DNA of 58,090 nucleotides, the filler included, from Jimgerdemannia flammicorona (Eukaryota): the NCBI GenBank assembly GCA_003990765.1. It is 3 parts of 3 records of this genome, joined end to end, with 100 filler letters (N's around TTAATTAATTAA, not from the genome) between each part and the next. Parts side by side here need not be neighbours in the genome. Positions count along the whole stretch, not along the records: positions 19,399 to 38,696 come from RBNJ01001976.1; positions 38,797 to 58,090 come from RBNJ01001977.1; 1 more part is not named here. One strand, written 5' to 3'. A model generated the notes under the pieces. The model was not told where the DNA came from. It worked only from the letters and a program-made list of their open reading frames with translations, and ran no database searches. The stretch's first letter is position 1, and the number at the start of each line of letters is the position of its first letter. The translations under genes and the position numbers were made by a program. This document shows positions 35,326 through 46,700 of the stretch, piece after piece.

Positions 35326-36057
35326 GTTTTCCTTCTGATGTCGACGGGGGGGGGGGGATGGAAGATGATATCAGGTGAAGTAGTGATGGAACTAATAATT
35401 AATATTGGATAATATATTATATACAAAATATTATAAATAATATGTTGTTATATTTATAATTAAAATATTGCAATATTTTCTTGTATGGAATGAACTATTG
35501 TAATTACATATATAGCAAAACTTTTTTGTACACATTAGAGCTGCAAAAGGCTGGTACAAATATGTTGCACAGTATAAGATAGATTATAGTTTACTATGAT
35601 ATTTAAATTAATAAAGAGTACTCATATGAAAATGTCATACGGAGAATGTGTGCTTAGCGCTCAGCTTAGGCGTAGACTTTTGATGGAGAGTGCATTTTAA
35701 TGGAGAATGGAGTAAGGTGCTTAGGTCGGAGGGTCCTTCCTTATGGTGACGTCACCAACCCCTATACTCCTCGAGTCACCAACCTGCGGGTCTCCCATCA
35801 GCCGAGTTGCAACGAAACGAATCCGCACTCGAGCAACCTCTCTCTGTGCTTGTTTATTCGGTAAACAGCTTTCCGTTTTCTTTCCTTGACGCGCGGTTCA
35901 CAGTCTCACGTTGATCTGCCGCGCCGACATGTAAGACACTAGCGCGGGCCCTGACATTTTAAACCTTTCCCTCGTCCATTCCGTAGCCAAATTCAACCCC
36001 TCCCCCTCCCCCTTCCCCCCCTCCCCCCTCCCCCCACAAAAAAAAACCTTTCTCCTG
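35326..36057. promoter_or_regulatory. Divergent intergenic region with palindrome GGTGACGTCACC (35745-35756, CRE-like core)
   Basis: Lies between two divergent ATGs. TGACGTCA is the established ATF/CREB bZIP site; function here is inferred. Confidence 0.45.
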
Positions 36058-38662
36058 ATGACCGACAAACCTCCGCCGCCACCGCAAACTATTTTCACCC
36101 CCACCATCCAGATTGAGTTTCCCAGTCTTCCCCAGCCCTCCGTCGCCATTTCCCCGACGCCCACCGCCACCGCTGCCGCTAACAACGACTATTTCAACCA
36201 TCAGCAGCATGCCATCCCGAGCTCCTCGACTATCACGCTCACGCAGTCGCGTCATTCGATCTCCGCCATCTCCACCATGACTCCCTTGAAGAGTGGGGGG
36301 CCTACGGAGTTCGACGGGCACAACGGCGACGGCAGCGCTAGGAAGAGGGACTCAGGCACTGTGTCTTCGTCAGAGTATGCGTTGCACGTACTTTTTGCAC
36401 AGTTCGCCAAGGTTGCAGATAATAAGATGGAGCTGATATTGACCTCGAGCATGGTGAGTTGATATCATTTGGGATGCAAGAACGAACAAATTTGTTCGAG
36501 GGTGATTTTGTACAAATATGGTGGCGCCATCGACGGCATATTTCGCTCACACCACATCGTTTCACACCACATCGTTTCACAATATAAATCGATTAACCCT
36601 CATGATGCATCTGCCAACCCACCGTCCCAGGATCGCGAACTCGACCTGTCCTACTGGATCGGCCCGGACTCGGACCCCTTCTTTGACAAGCTGCTTAAAT
36701 CCCTGGGTTCGATTGCGAGCCACCGCCCGAAACCCGTCATTGACCTCGTCATGGGTTGGCGCAAGGCAAAGAGCGAACCCATAGATCCGGTGTTGGTGCG
36801 TAAGATGACGTGAGTGTCGAGACCCCCGTCAGAGGTTTTCGTGGTGGGATGAGGATGAATGGGCGCGAAGGTCAGGGAGAACGATGGAGAGCGAATCTGG
36901 AAGTTTAGACCGAATGGTGGCCTCACAGAAGGCCGTTTTGAAGTTGCGTGCCATGGAAACGATTTGACAGTGGGTTCAGATGGTTGACATTGATGCTAAA
37001 TGTTGGCAGAACTACGAACATCCAATTATCCTAGCTTGAGGGATGTAATTATTCCCTCGATTGAGGGTCGGTCGACGTCATCGTGATGGTAGCAAAGACA
37101 TCACACATACATCGCTGGCTTGCTAATATATGTATATTCCGGGTGTTTTAGAGAGTCGGCCCCGGTGGCACGGTCGGGACAGGTGGCGGCGATCTTGAAA
37201 GAAAGGCAATCGGTAGGTTTTGCATGTTGCAAGATTCGGAGTTGAGACCAAATGTTTCGGCTGAACGAACTGTTGGTGCTGGCCTCTGTCGACGTCAGCA
37301 ACATTGTGCACGCAACTGACTGCAATGTTTGCTGTTTTTACATTGCCCAGCTCTCTTCCATCTTCATTTTATGTCGAGCTCTTATTGCCGTCGTCGACCA
37401 ACTACAATCCGGTTCGTTATCAGAAGATCTCGGCGAGCGGCTGGAAGAGATTGTGTTCAATCAGATGAGGGGAGCTGACCCGTAAGTGCTTGGATGGCTG
37501 GTGACGGAATCGGCATGCGGTGGGCCGCCGTTTCAAGGAAGGAATGGTTTTGATCGAGATGGCATCAGCGATCTGACTTTACCTTCTATAATTTCATAAA
37601 TGACTTGGGCACATTCGGCCAGGGAAACGATAGACCGCAGTAAAAATCGGATGGCGAATATGAATTTATTTGCGCAGCTGTTAGGGGCGCTTTCGGCTAT
37701 TCGGTGAGTCTATTCTAGTGGTTATAATGGTTTGATATTTTCGGTGCCCTATTCATTAATTGAAATAATCCTTTCAAGGAAAGAGGTAGAAAAAGGGGGG
37801 GATGGGGCTGAGGGAGTTATTCTTGCCGATGTGTTCATTCAATGATACCTTTGTTGTACATGACAGATTCGCATCCGTCAGCGACAAATTCATTGTGGAA
37901 CTCGAAAGATATAATCGTGACACAACGAAAGAAAAAGAGAATCAGAGCAAGATTGAGATGATTATCAGGGGGATGCGGTATTTGAAGCTAAAGGTATGTT
38001 GACATGGATAATGTGTTGCTAACGTCGTAGAGTTGTGATTGGAATTGCTATCAGGAACTTATGAATATTTGTGTAGTCATGTTGTGTTCTGTATATTTTT
38101 GGTCATCCTTCTCTTTTGTGATTGCCTCATTTCGCCGCACAACCGAACAGATTTACCCCGACTACGCGCTGGAAGCCACGACCGATTTTTTGCAAAGTTG
38201 CGCGAAATTTTTCAAGAACGCGCATGGCGTCAAGGTGAAACACGCTTACGCACACCTTTTTGTCCAATTGATGTTGCCCATCGCCGCGGTTAGTTTTTTT
38301 TTTTTTTTTTTTTTTGGTTTGTTTTTTGTTTACCTGCTAATGCTCTCTCTGCAGGTCGCAGTTGCCGAGGTGAATGTTCCAGCGTGGACCAAGACTGTGG
38401 ATTTGATATGGACGAGGGCGGCGAGGATGACCAATAAGCCGAGGCATATGAATGTAAGTGCGGATTTGCGAAAGTGTGACCATTAATGTTTGAGTTCAAT
38501 CTTTGATTTTACGGTTGCTCGATGCTGATATTGTGCTTTCTAATTTGATTGCACGTGCAGTATGGATTCCCACTGGCGACGACGTTATTATGCGTCAGCA
38601 AGAAGGAATTTTTCGCCAATAATTGGGGACCAGTCGTAGAAGCTTGCTATCAGAAATTCACT
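36058..38662 (+). CDS. TAO3: Cell morphogenesis scaffold TAO3/PAG1/Mor2/Furry homolog, 5' part. Exons 36058-36453, 36631-36809, 37152-37212, 37351-37481, 37623-37703, 37867-37993, 38151-38288, 38355-38453, 38561-~38662; truncated by the contig end
   Basis: Canonical splice sites give a continuous frame with SEYALHVLFAQF, DPFFDKLLKSLG.IA..PKPVID.VM.WRK, ER.SL.SIFILCRAL, LFAQLLGALS.IRF.SVSDKF, GMRYLKLKIYP and FPLATTLLCVS, typical of the MOR2-PAG1 N-terminal region. Confidence 0.88.
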
Positions 38663-38696
38663 GCACGGGTACCAATTTTTTTTTTTTTTTTTTGGG

Positions 38697-38796
38697 NNNN
38701 NNNNNNNNNNNNNNNNNNNNNNNNNNNNNNNNNNNNNNNNTTAATTAATTAANNNNNNNNNNNNNNNNNNNNNNNNNNNNNNNNNNNNNNNNNNNN
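38697..38796. other. Artificial contig spacer
   Basis: Identical N44-TTAATTAATTAA-N44 linker. Confidence 0.97.
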
Positions 38797-41010
38797 ATAC
38801 CCACTTTCCCCCTCCAAACTGCTGTACCCCCCCATTCCTTAGTCCAATCCTGTAAATCCACATCTGCCTCATACCAAACATCCTGTAACAAGAAGAGGTC
38901 CGCATCCAGATCCTGAAGCCAACCAAAAATGTACCTCCTCCTAGCCACCCCCTGTAACCCATTAACATTCAATGAGAATATCCTAGTTGTACTGTTCATA
39001 TTGAGTAGATATTGTAGAAGAGACCTCAACCTATAATTCCATACTCATCTCATCCCTCACCAAGTCCAAGAGCTGCTCAGCTTCCAATTCACCCTCCACA
39101 ATATCCCAAGCATCCAGTACCCCCAAGATTTCCTGACACTCCACCCTGTCCACCTCCTCCATATCCACCCTGTAATCCAAGCAGACTGCATGCCACTTCT
39201 CCAGTCCCTTCCTCGAGTTCCACAAGACAAGTGCCCTGTCGCTTGCAATCCTTCTAAGCTCCTCCTCTCGCTGATCATCAACCTGATACTCAACAGACTC
39301 CAGGAGGACAGCCAGGATCTCATTCCTCATCTTCCTCGGCACCTCCTCCCTACATAGAATCTCTTCCCAATACCTCTCCTCCATCATCCTGAAGTCCTCA
39401 CCCCCCAGCTCCTCAGCCGCTACCCCTTCCAGGGTCTTCCACATCCACTTCTCCTCATCTACCACCTCCGCCACCCCCTGAGCAATTTGTTCCCCATCCA
39501 CCTCAGGGTCCACCAGCATGCTCCTCCTCACTGACTCATCCCACTCTTCATCCGGCACATCCATCAGCTCCTCCTCGCCTCCTGCCCCATTCGGAACACT
39601 GTACTGAGAGTGCCCACCTTCGCCCATTTCAGCATCCACCTCCAAGTTATCCTCCCTCCCCTCCCCAACTCCAATCTGAGCCCTGCCCTGGGCCATCTCA
39701 CCCCTGTCAGCCCAGGCGCTCTCCTGCAACCCTGCGGCCCCCTCCCCGGAGCTTCCATCAGCCCTACCCCTACCCATCTTCACCAACAACTCCTTCTGGA
39801 TCCTCCTCCCCTGCATCTTCTCCCAGGCCCCCTTCTCTATCCGAATCCTCTTCCCATCCACCTCCCCCACCACCGTCCTGGCCTCAAACTCCTTCCAGGC
39901 TAATCTCCTCCTCGCAACTGCCCCTTCCAGGTCCTCTAGAGCCTCCAACAGGTCCTCCTCCTCCTCCTGAGTCCCCTTCACCCTAGTGACCTTACACTCT
40001 ACTGGTCCCCACCTCAGCACTGCTGGCCAGTCCCTTGACTTCCCCGTATTCTCCTTTCCAGCCAGTCTCACCCTGACATCAACGTCTCCAGTTCTAAGCT
40101 CTGTGCCCTCCCAGACCTTGAACCTAACATCCACAATCTTACCATACTCCTTGATCGCCTCAACAACCAACTCCCTGGTTCTTTCCTTCGACACTGTGGG
40201 AAGGTCCAACACCATCAACTGCACCACCTGGGGGTCCCAGCGCATACACCAGGCCATAGGGACCATAACCCTGCCAACTATCACCCTCTTCTCCATGGCT
40301 GCCAACAAGGTGTCTTCCTCCTCAAACCCCACCTCAACCCCTTCCTTTCCTCTCAAGAACTTCACCAATGCTGCTCCCTTTGCCTCCTGCACCACCAGCC
40401 CCAAAATCATCCTCACCATCACTGCCAAGCCCTGGAAGCACATCGTGACCACGAATTCAGACCTCAACTTCTTGAGTAACAGGGCCGACACCATGCCTGT
40501 CACCCCATCTGCCAGGTCCCCGGGCCTCATGCCTACTCCAAGTCCTGAATTGCCAACCGCTGTCACATCTGGATTTTTTGCCAGATCCCCAGTCACAGCC
40601 CCATCAATAGTCACATCTCTAGCCCCTACTCTGGCCCCTTCCCTATCATTAGAAGTACCCTGGGGTGCATCTCCCTAACTCCCAGCAGTAGCCATCGATA
40701 CCTTCCCCAGGCCCAGCCAACTATCCAGCCCAGAAGCCATCTTCCCCATCCTGACCTTGTCAGCAAAGGTCGTCCTCTCCCCTCCTCTCTGCCACAGACC
40801 TCCCCTTCCTCTGCCGCTGGGGCCACGGCTAGCCATTGAGGCCCCTGGCATCCCCAAACCATCTCCCCTCCTCCCCACCTGCTGCCAGCAAAAGGCGCCA
40901 TCACCCCCCTGGCCAGTATGCTCACCAGATTGATCATTGCCATCCATGTTGTTAGTCGTTGGACACTAAAAACGTTGTAAAAAGTGTTGTCTAAGTCTTG
41001 TGTCACCTGA
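38797..41010 (-). mobile_element. 5' half of a relatively young L1/Tx1-like LINE: ORF1 (40947-39031, one in-frame TAG at 40675-40677) and start of the ORF2 endonuclease
   Basis: ORFs 40675..40947 and 39031..40614 share a frame. ORF2 begins MNSTTRIFSLNVNGL...DLFLLQD. Homologous to ORF1s at 8885-10020 and 50650-52510. Confidence 0.9.
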
Positions 41011-41059
41011 ATGTTACTGGTGAAAGGTGATCATCCCCTAAACGATAAAATTATCACTT

Positions 41060-42230
41060 ATCTGAGACAGTAAAAGATGCTCTAACATCTGAAAGAATAG
41101 ATACAAATAATTATCAATAGAATGTAGAAATAATTCAAGACTGACAGAGAAATATTAAAGAAAGAAAAACTATTAGTTATATCTGAATACAAGAAGGAGC
41201 AAGCAATTAAATCAGTATATAAACTTGGTCATCTAGGAGGAATGAATATCTATAAAAAAGCAAGAAGAACAATGTAGTAGCCAGAAATAGAAGAAGATAT
41301 TAGATAATTTGTCAATATATGTAACAAATACTAGAAACAGAAATAAGACTAACAAAATCAGACCCCAGGATTAGTACATATAGAATCAATATTCTTCATA
41401 TATATTATAATAGATATAATTGGCTCTCTACTCTTGACTTTGACTAGCAATAAATACATCATCATTATTGTAGACCTTTTCACAAAATGGATAGAGATAG
41501 GACCTCTCAAAGAAGTCATTGTACAGTTAATTGCTGATTTCTTCTATAAAGAAATTATCTACTAATTTAAGACTCCAGCATAAGTAACTATAGATAGAAG
41601 AACAGAATTCATGAACCAGTTCTTTGAGATTCTCTATAAGAAGTATAAGATTCAGTATATTCAGACTACAGTCTATTACTCTTAGGGAAACAGATAAGCA
41701 GAAAGAATAAACAAACCTCTTAAGAATATTATTGCTAAGATCTGTAATAATTATGAAAACTGAGATTACTATTTGCCAATAGTATTATCTGCTCTTTGAG
41801 ATACATATCTAATCACAAAGTACCTATTTCACCCCTTAAGAGATATTGTTCAGAGAAGAAAGTTCTTAAGAAACATTATCATCCAATAGAGATACTGTAT
41901 GGAAACATGTAGATATAGAGATATAGAGACTATATCAAATCAGAAAGAAGGCTGAGAATTATATAACCAAAGTACAGACACTATAGCAGAATACATAATA
42001 TAGAAAAGACTCGCAAGCCTCTGAAGATTATCAAGATAGAAGACAAAGTTCTGATATATCAGAATATAGTAGAAGCTTCATGATTATAAAAATTAGAACC
42101 TAAGTGAGAAGGACTTTACTTTATGCAAGATATAAAAAGAACTATCTTTTAGCTACAAAAACTCTCAGATATAATCACCTCTACTACTATTCACTGAAAC
42201 CAACTCAAGAGGTACCATGGCTAGTCAATG
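41060..42230 (+). pseudogene. Degraded gypsy integrase related to family A
   Basis: GHLGG..IYKKARR, IDIIGSLLLT..NKYIIIIVDLFTKWIE, DRRTEF, KLEPK*EG. Colinear with ~45640-46760(-). Confidence 0.8.
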
Positions 42231-43173
42231 AAGTATGGTCATAGCTCTTAAGATCACTAGTGCTGTATAATAAGCCATAGAAAGGTAATAGTGTACTACC
42301 AAACTACCTACAATAGAGGAATCCTTCAATAGTATCCAAAGTATAGTACACATATATCTGTTATAAATTTCATACTTCAAGGTCTACCAGAATCAGACAG
42401 AGCTTCAAGAATACTTAAGTTAGAATAGCTACTAAATTTATAGTTAGAGATGAGAAAAAAAAATTAGATTAGAGAGTACCAGCTCTCCTACACTCAGATC
42501 ACTATTGCAAAATAAGTATATAAGTTATTTAAGAAGAATGAGCCAGCCCTAACTCACTTTCAAAAAGTGGTTCCAGGGGACTTTGTATAAGTTAGAAGAT
42601 ATTATTGAGAGAACATAATAGTATAGATTATACAGTATAAGAAGATACAGCTTGTAGAGACTTGAGAGTTTAAGTAAATAGGATATTTCAGAGATGAATT
42701 ATCTATTTAGAAGGAAGTTGTGATAGTTGATCTGAATTAGGAATATAAATCAGAAAAATAGATATTTGATTGCAATACCTGAATCCAATTCTCAAATATA
42801 GTATAACATTACAAATAGTAGTTATATTTTCACAAATGTAGAAACTTTATAAATATAGAGAATTTATATTTATAGAAAATAACTCATAGGAAATATAGTC
42901 ATAACTTAGCCACCTTATAGCTAGCAAACTTGTATAAATATCTCCAGTATCTAGAGTGAATAAAACCTCAGATTGAAATAGTTCAAAGTAAAGAGAAAGT
43001 AAGAGAACTAGTAAGTCTGCAGGCAGATACACTTCAAACTCACCTACCTCTATATCTCAAGAACTCTGTAGAATCAAAGAAGATCAAGTTTTCAAGATAT
43101 AGAAATCTGATATACTTACCCAGTTATATATCCACTATATTACATTATAAACCAATTAACTGAAATTGTCTCA

Positions 43174-43225
<52 letters not shown>

Positions 43226-43239
43226 CTTAAGTTCTTATA

Positions 43240-43739
43240 TAGGCTTGACAGAGTTGAGGTAGAGTTTGAGAAGGAGAGATCATTGGTAAAGGCCATGATA
43301 ACTGGACTATCAGTTAGTGAAGTAGTAGTACTGATGGCTAGATATCTGAGATGAGATCTGAGAATAGTATGTATAGCTTCTGGTAAAGAGAGTATCTATA
43401 ACTCTTGAGATGAGGAGAAAAGTTAAGGAGATAATAAAGGAGTATAGAGAGATAGTCAATATTAGATTTAGAGTATGAGAGAGTACTATATTCAGGATAA
43501 AAGATGTGGATATTAGGCTCTGACTTATTGGAAAGAAAGCTACTGGAAAGGCTCAGAACTAATCTAATACTGATGCAGAATATCTTTATTTATAAGATAA
43601 TGAGAGTAAAAGAGAGTAAGAAGGAGGAAGAGGATTTGCTAAAGGCCCTGGAGGATCTCAGTAGAGTAGTAGAGTATTATGCAATAGTATGACAGACTTA
43701 TTTGGTATTGATATATTTGAAAGTAGTAAATTTATATAG
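43240..43739 (+). mobile_element. Old LINE ORF1 fragment (continues 50444-50572)
   Basis: VEVEFEKE and KEEEDLLKALEDL match LINE ORF1. Resumes IDKVMWKKT after the LTR element. Confidence 0.7.
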
Positions 43740-46700
43740 TATTACATAGTGGTCGCTGAGTCCTTCAAATATGCCAGATTCTCTTCAAGGTATATCTCTT
43801 AGACTAACTCAAGTTTGTTATAAGCAAGTTCTTATTGGAGTGCCTTCTTAAGGTCTTATAGTCCTTAAACTTCTTATCTTTAACTATCTTGTTATCTCTT
43901 AGATTGCTTATAAGGAAGTATGTATAAGTGAACTTGACTGACTTTATTTCAGAGGAAATAAGAGGGGTATTTATACAAAATATAATTTAATGGTTGCTAA
44001 GATATAAAGCTAAATATAAATTCCAATAACTAAAACTACTGAGTTTCAGGGTTGGTACTGATGGTTGTACAGGTTCAGGATGCTGGTATAATTCAGTATT
44101 ACATCAGAATACTAGTGCTGGAATAATTTCACACCACCTCAGAATGCTGGTGCTGGCATTATCCAGTGTAACATGAGAATACCGGTGCTGGCATTATCCA
44201 GTGTAACAAAGAACTTAGAGCAGAAAGTTCAGAATCATAGGGGCTTCATCCTCATCATTATTGAAGGAGATGAGATCTGCAAACTTGTTGTGTAGGTCAC
44301 ACATTTTGTATATGTCATGCAAGATGACATCATTGCTGATGACATCATCATGTTTGGCAGGGAAATCGGGGACAAGATCTAGAGCTCTCTAGTCTATGAG
44401 ATTCTCTTCCACAAAGTAAGGAACAAATGTAGGGTCTTGGGGAGGTCTAACCTGGATACTTGGGCCTTGGAATACTGAGATCAATCCTTGCAAGAATTGG
44501 TCTGAGTTATCCTGAAGGATGAGATGCCAGAAGTCTTCTACTTTGTCACTGTTAAGGGTGATAGTGGACTGGGCTTCTGTAGCCACCCTAGCTTCTAGTG
44601 TATTGATATAGTAGGCTAACAGGTCTCTGAAGTCTGAGATTCTAACATACTCTAAGTTGGGGATTGAGCATAGTGTATACCTGAAGATCTGATAGATCTT
44701 CTTAGCTGTTCTCATTTCACATACATATATCCATAGAAGTGGTATCTTGTAGCTCTTGAGTGCTGGCCTGTGGGAACTCCTGGTAGAGGAGGTTTTCTAT
44801 TTTGTACTCTTGCCACATTTGGAGGCATTCAGTAGCAATGGTGATCCTTGTTTCTATTTCATAGCGGTAGAGGATAAAGTGATAGGGATCTGCAGTACTC
44901 AGGTTGACACTCAGAGTCCTTCTTAAGTGGGTCCTCATGGCTCTTCTGATGTCTTGGAACATTCTTTTCTCGACTGAGATACCTTGGTAATTCCTTGATC
45001 TTGAGGTTTGGTGGGCAGCAGGCATTTTATTTATAGTAAGTCTTTGAGCTATTTTGAGATTGGTGGTTCTTATTGGTTGCTGCTACTGTGGTTCCTTGAT
45101 CCTTCTTTTATATTCTTCAGGATACTTGTACTGTGGTCATGATGACTTACAGTTAGTCATCATTGCTCATCTCATATGCCATATGATCTTCTTGTGCTCT
45201 AATCTAGTAGCTTATAAGAAAAGGCTGTCTCCTGTGCTGATGTCATCATTCTGGGGTCACTGTTACATCTTTCTTCTGAATAAGGATCTCCTTGAGTGTC
45301 CTTATTCATTGGTCCAGTCCTGAAAAATTTGCTGATCCCATAACCTCTGGCAAGGGGTCAAAAAGTGGTATTTATGGGCTGGCGTCTTCCTTTTGTATTT
45401 TGGCATGATGGTGAAGAGTCACTCTCTTCATATAGAGCAAGGGCCTGATTCTGATCTTGACCAATCAGTTGATAGTTCAAACTCCTCTGACTTCGAAAGT
45501 CTTATGGATGAGTAGTTGCCAGTACCATATCCCTTAGAGAATGGTCCAGACAGATAGCCTGCTGGTCATGGGACGTGCTGTTATGATTTACAGACTAGAA
45601 CCTCGTGGGCAGTCATCATATTTTGCTTCTCTTGTATAGATTCATAGTACTTCTTGAGTCTGTTCCTATATACCATGGTAGGCAGTATGGTCTCTGAGAT
45701 TTTTCTAAGCCAGAAGGTAGTTCCTTTGATATTTTACACATTGAAGGGTCCTTCCTATTTGGGCTCCAGTTTTCACAACTATGAGGCTTCTATCATATTT
45801 TGATATAGTAGAACCTTTTCTCCAATTCGGATGGGTTCTAGGGCCTTGTAATTTCTTTCTACATTCTTCCTTGTCAGCGCTTGTGACTTAGTAATATAAT
45901 CTTCAGCCTTCTTTCTGATTTGGTGTAGTCTCTGGATTTCTGTATCAACCTGTCTCCAAGTTAGGTCTAGATTTGTGGCTGAGGTTCCATCAGAATCTTC
46001 TTCTCCAAAGAGCAGCTCTCTTGGGGTAAAGTATGTGCTTTGTGACCATATGTCTCATAGGACAGAGAGGGCAGTTGGAAGATAATTATCCCAATTCTCA
46101 TATGTCTCTGAGATCTTTGCTAAGATGTTCTTGAGGGTCTTATTGGTTCTCTCTGTCTGTTCATTTCCTTGAGAGTGGTATGCAGTGGTCTTGATGTGCT
46201 GGATCTTGTATTTCTGATACATTATCTCATAGAATCTATTGACAAATTCCGTTTCATGGTCTGTTGTGATTTGCTTTGGTGTCTTGTAGTGGCAGATAAT
46301 TTCTCAGTACAGGAAGTTGGCTATAGAGAGAGCATTGGCTTCTTGTAATACTCCTGCCTCTATCCATTTGGTGAAGAGATCTACAATAACTATAATATAG
46401 TGGTTTCCTGATAGTGTTACTGGTAGCAGTCCAATAATATCCATTGTGATGTGGTGAAGGGAATAGGCTCAATTCTTGATGACCTAGGTACCTGGTCTTG
46501 CTGATCTTGTTTCTGTTTTTGGCACTTATCATACTCTTTGACAAATTGGCACAGGTCTTCTTCTATCTTGGGCCACCATATGATTCTTCTTGCCTTGTCA
46601 TATATATTGGTTCCTCCTAAGTATCCTTGCTCATATACTTCCTTTATTACTTGATACTTCTTGTATTTGGGTATTACTAGCTTTTCTCCTTTTCTGAGTA

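Noticed and set aside
39986..40678. 230-aa plus-strand ORF and similar Ser/Pro-rich ORFs at 6224, 9069 and 34691
   Set aside because: These are antisense shadows of purine-rich LINE ORFs or of the DUF3626-like gene, with no independent motifs.
38660..41010. LINE apparently inserted in a TAO3 intron (poly-T, gap, then a minus-strand LINE)
   Set aside because: The gap is an artificial linker between equal-length contigs, and T runs also occur in another TAO3 intron (~38295).
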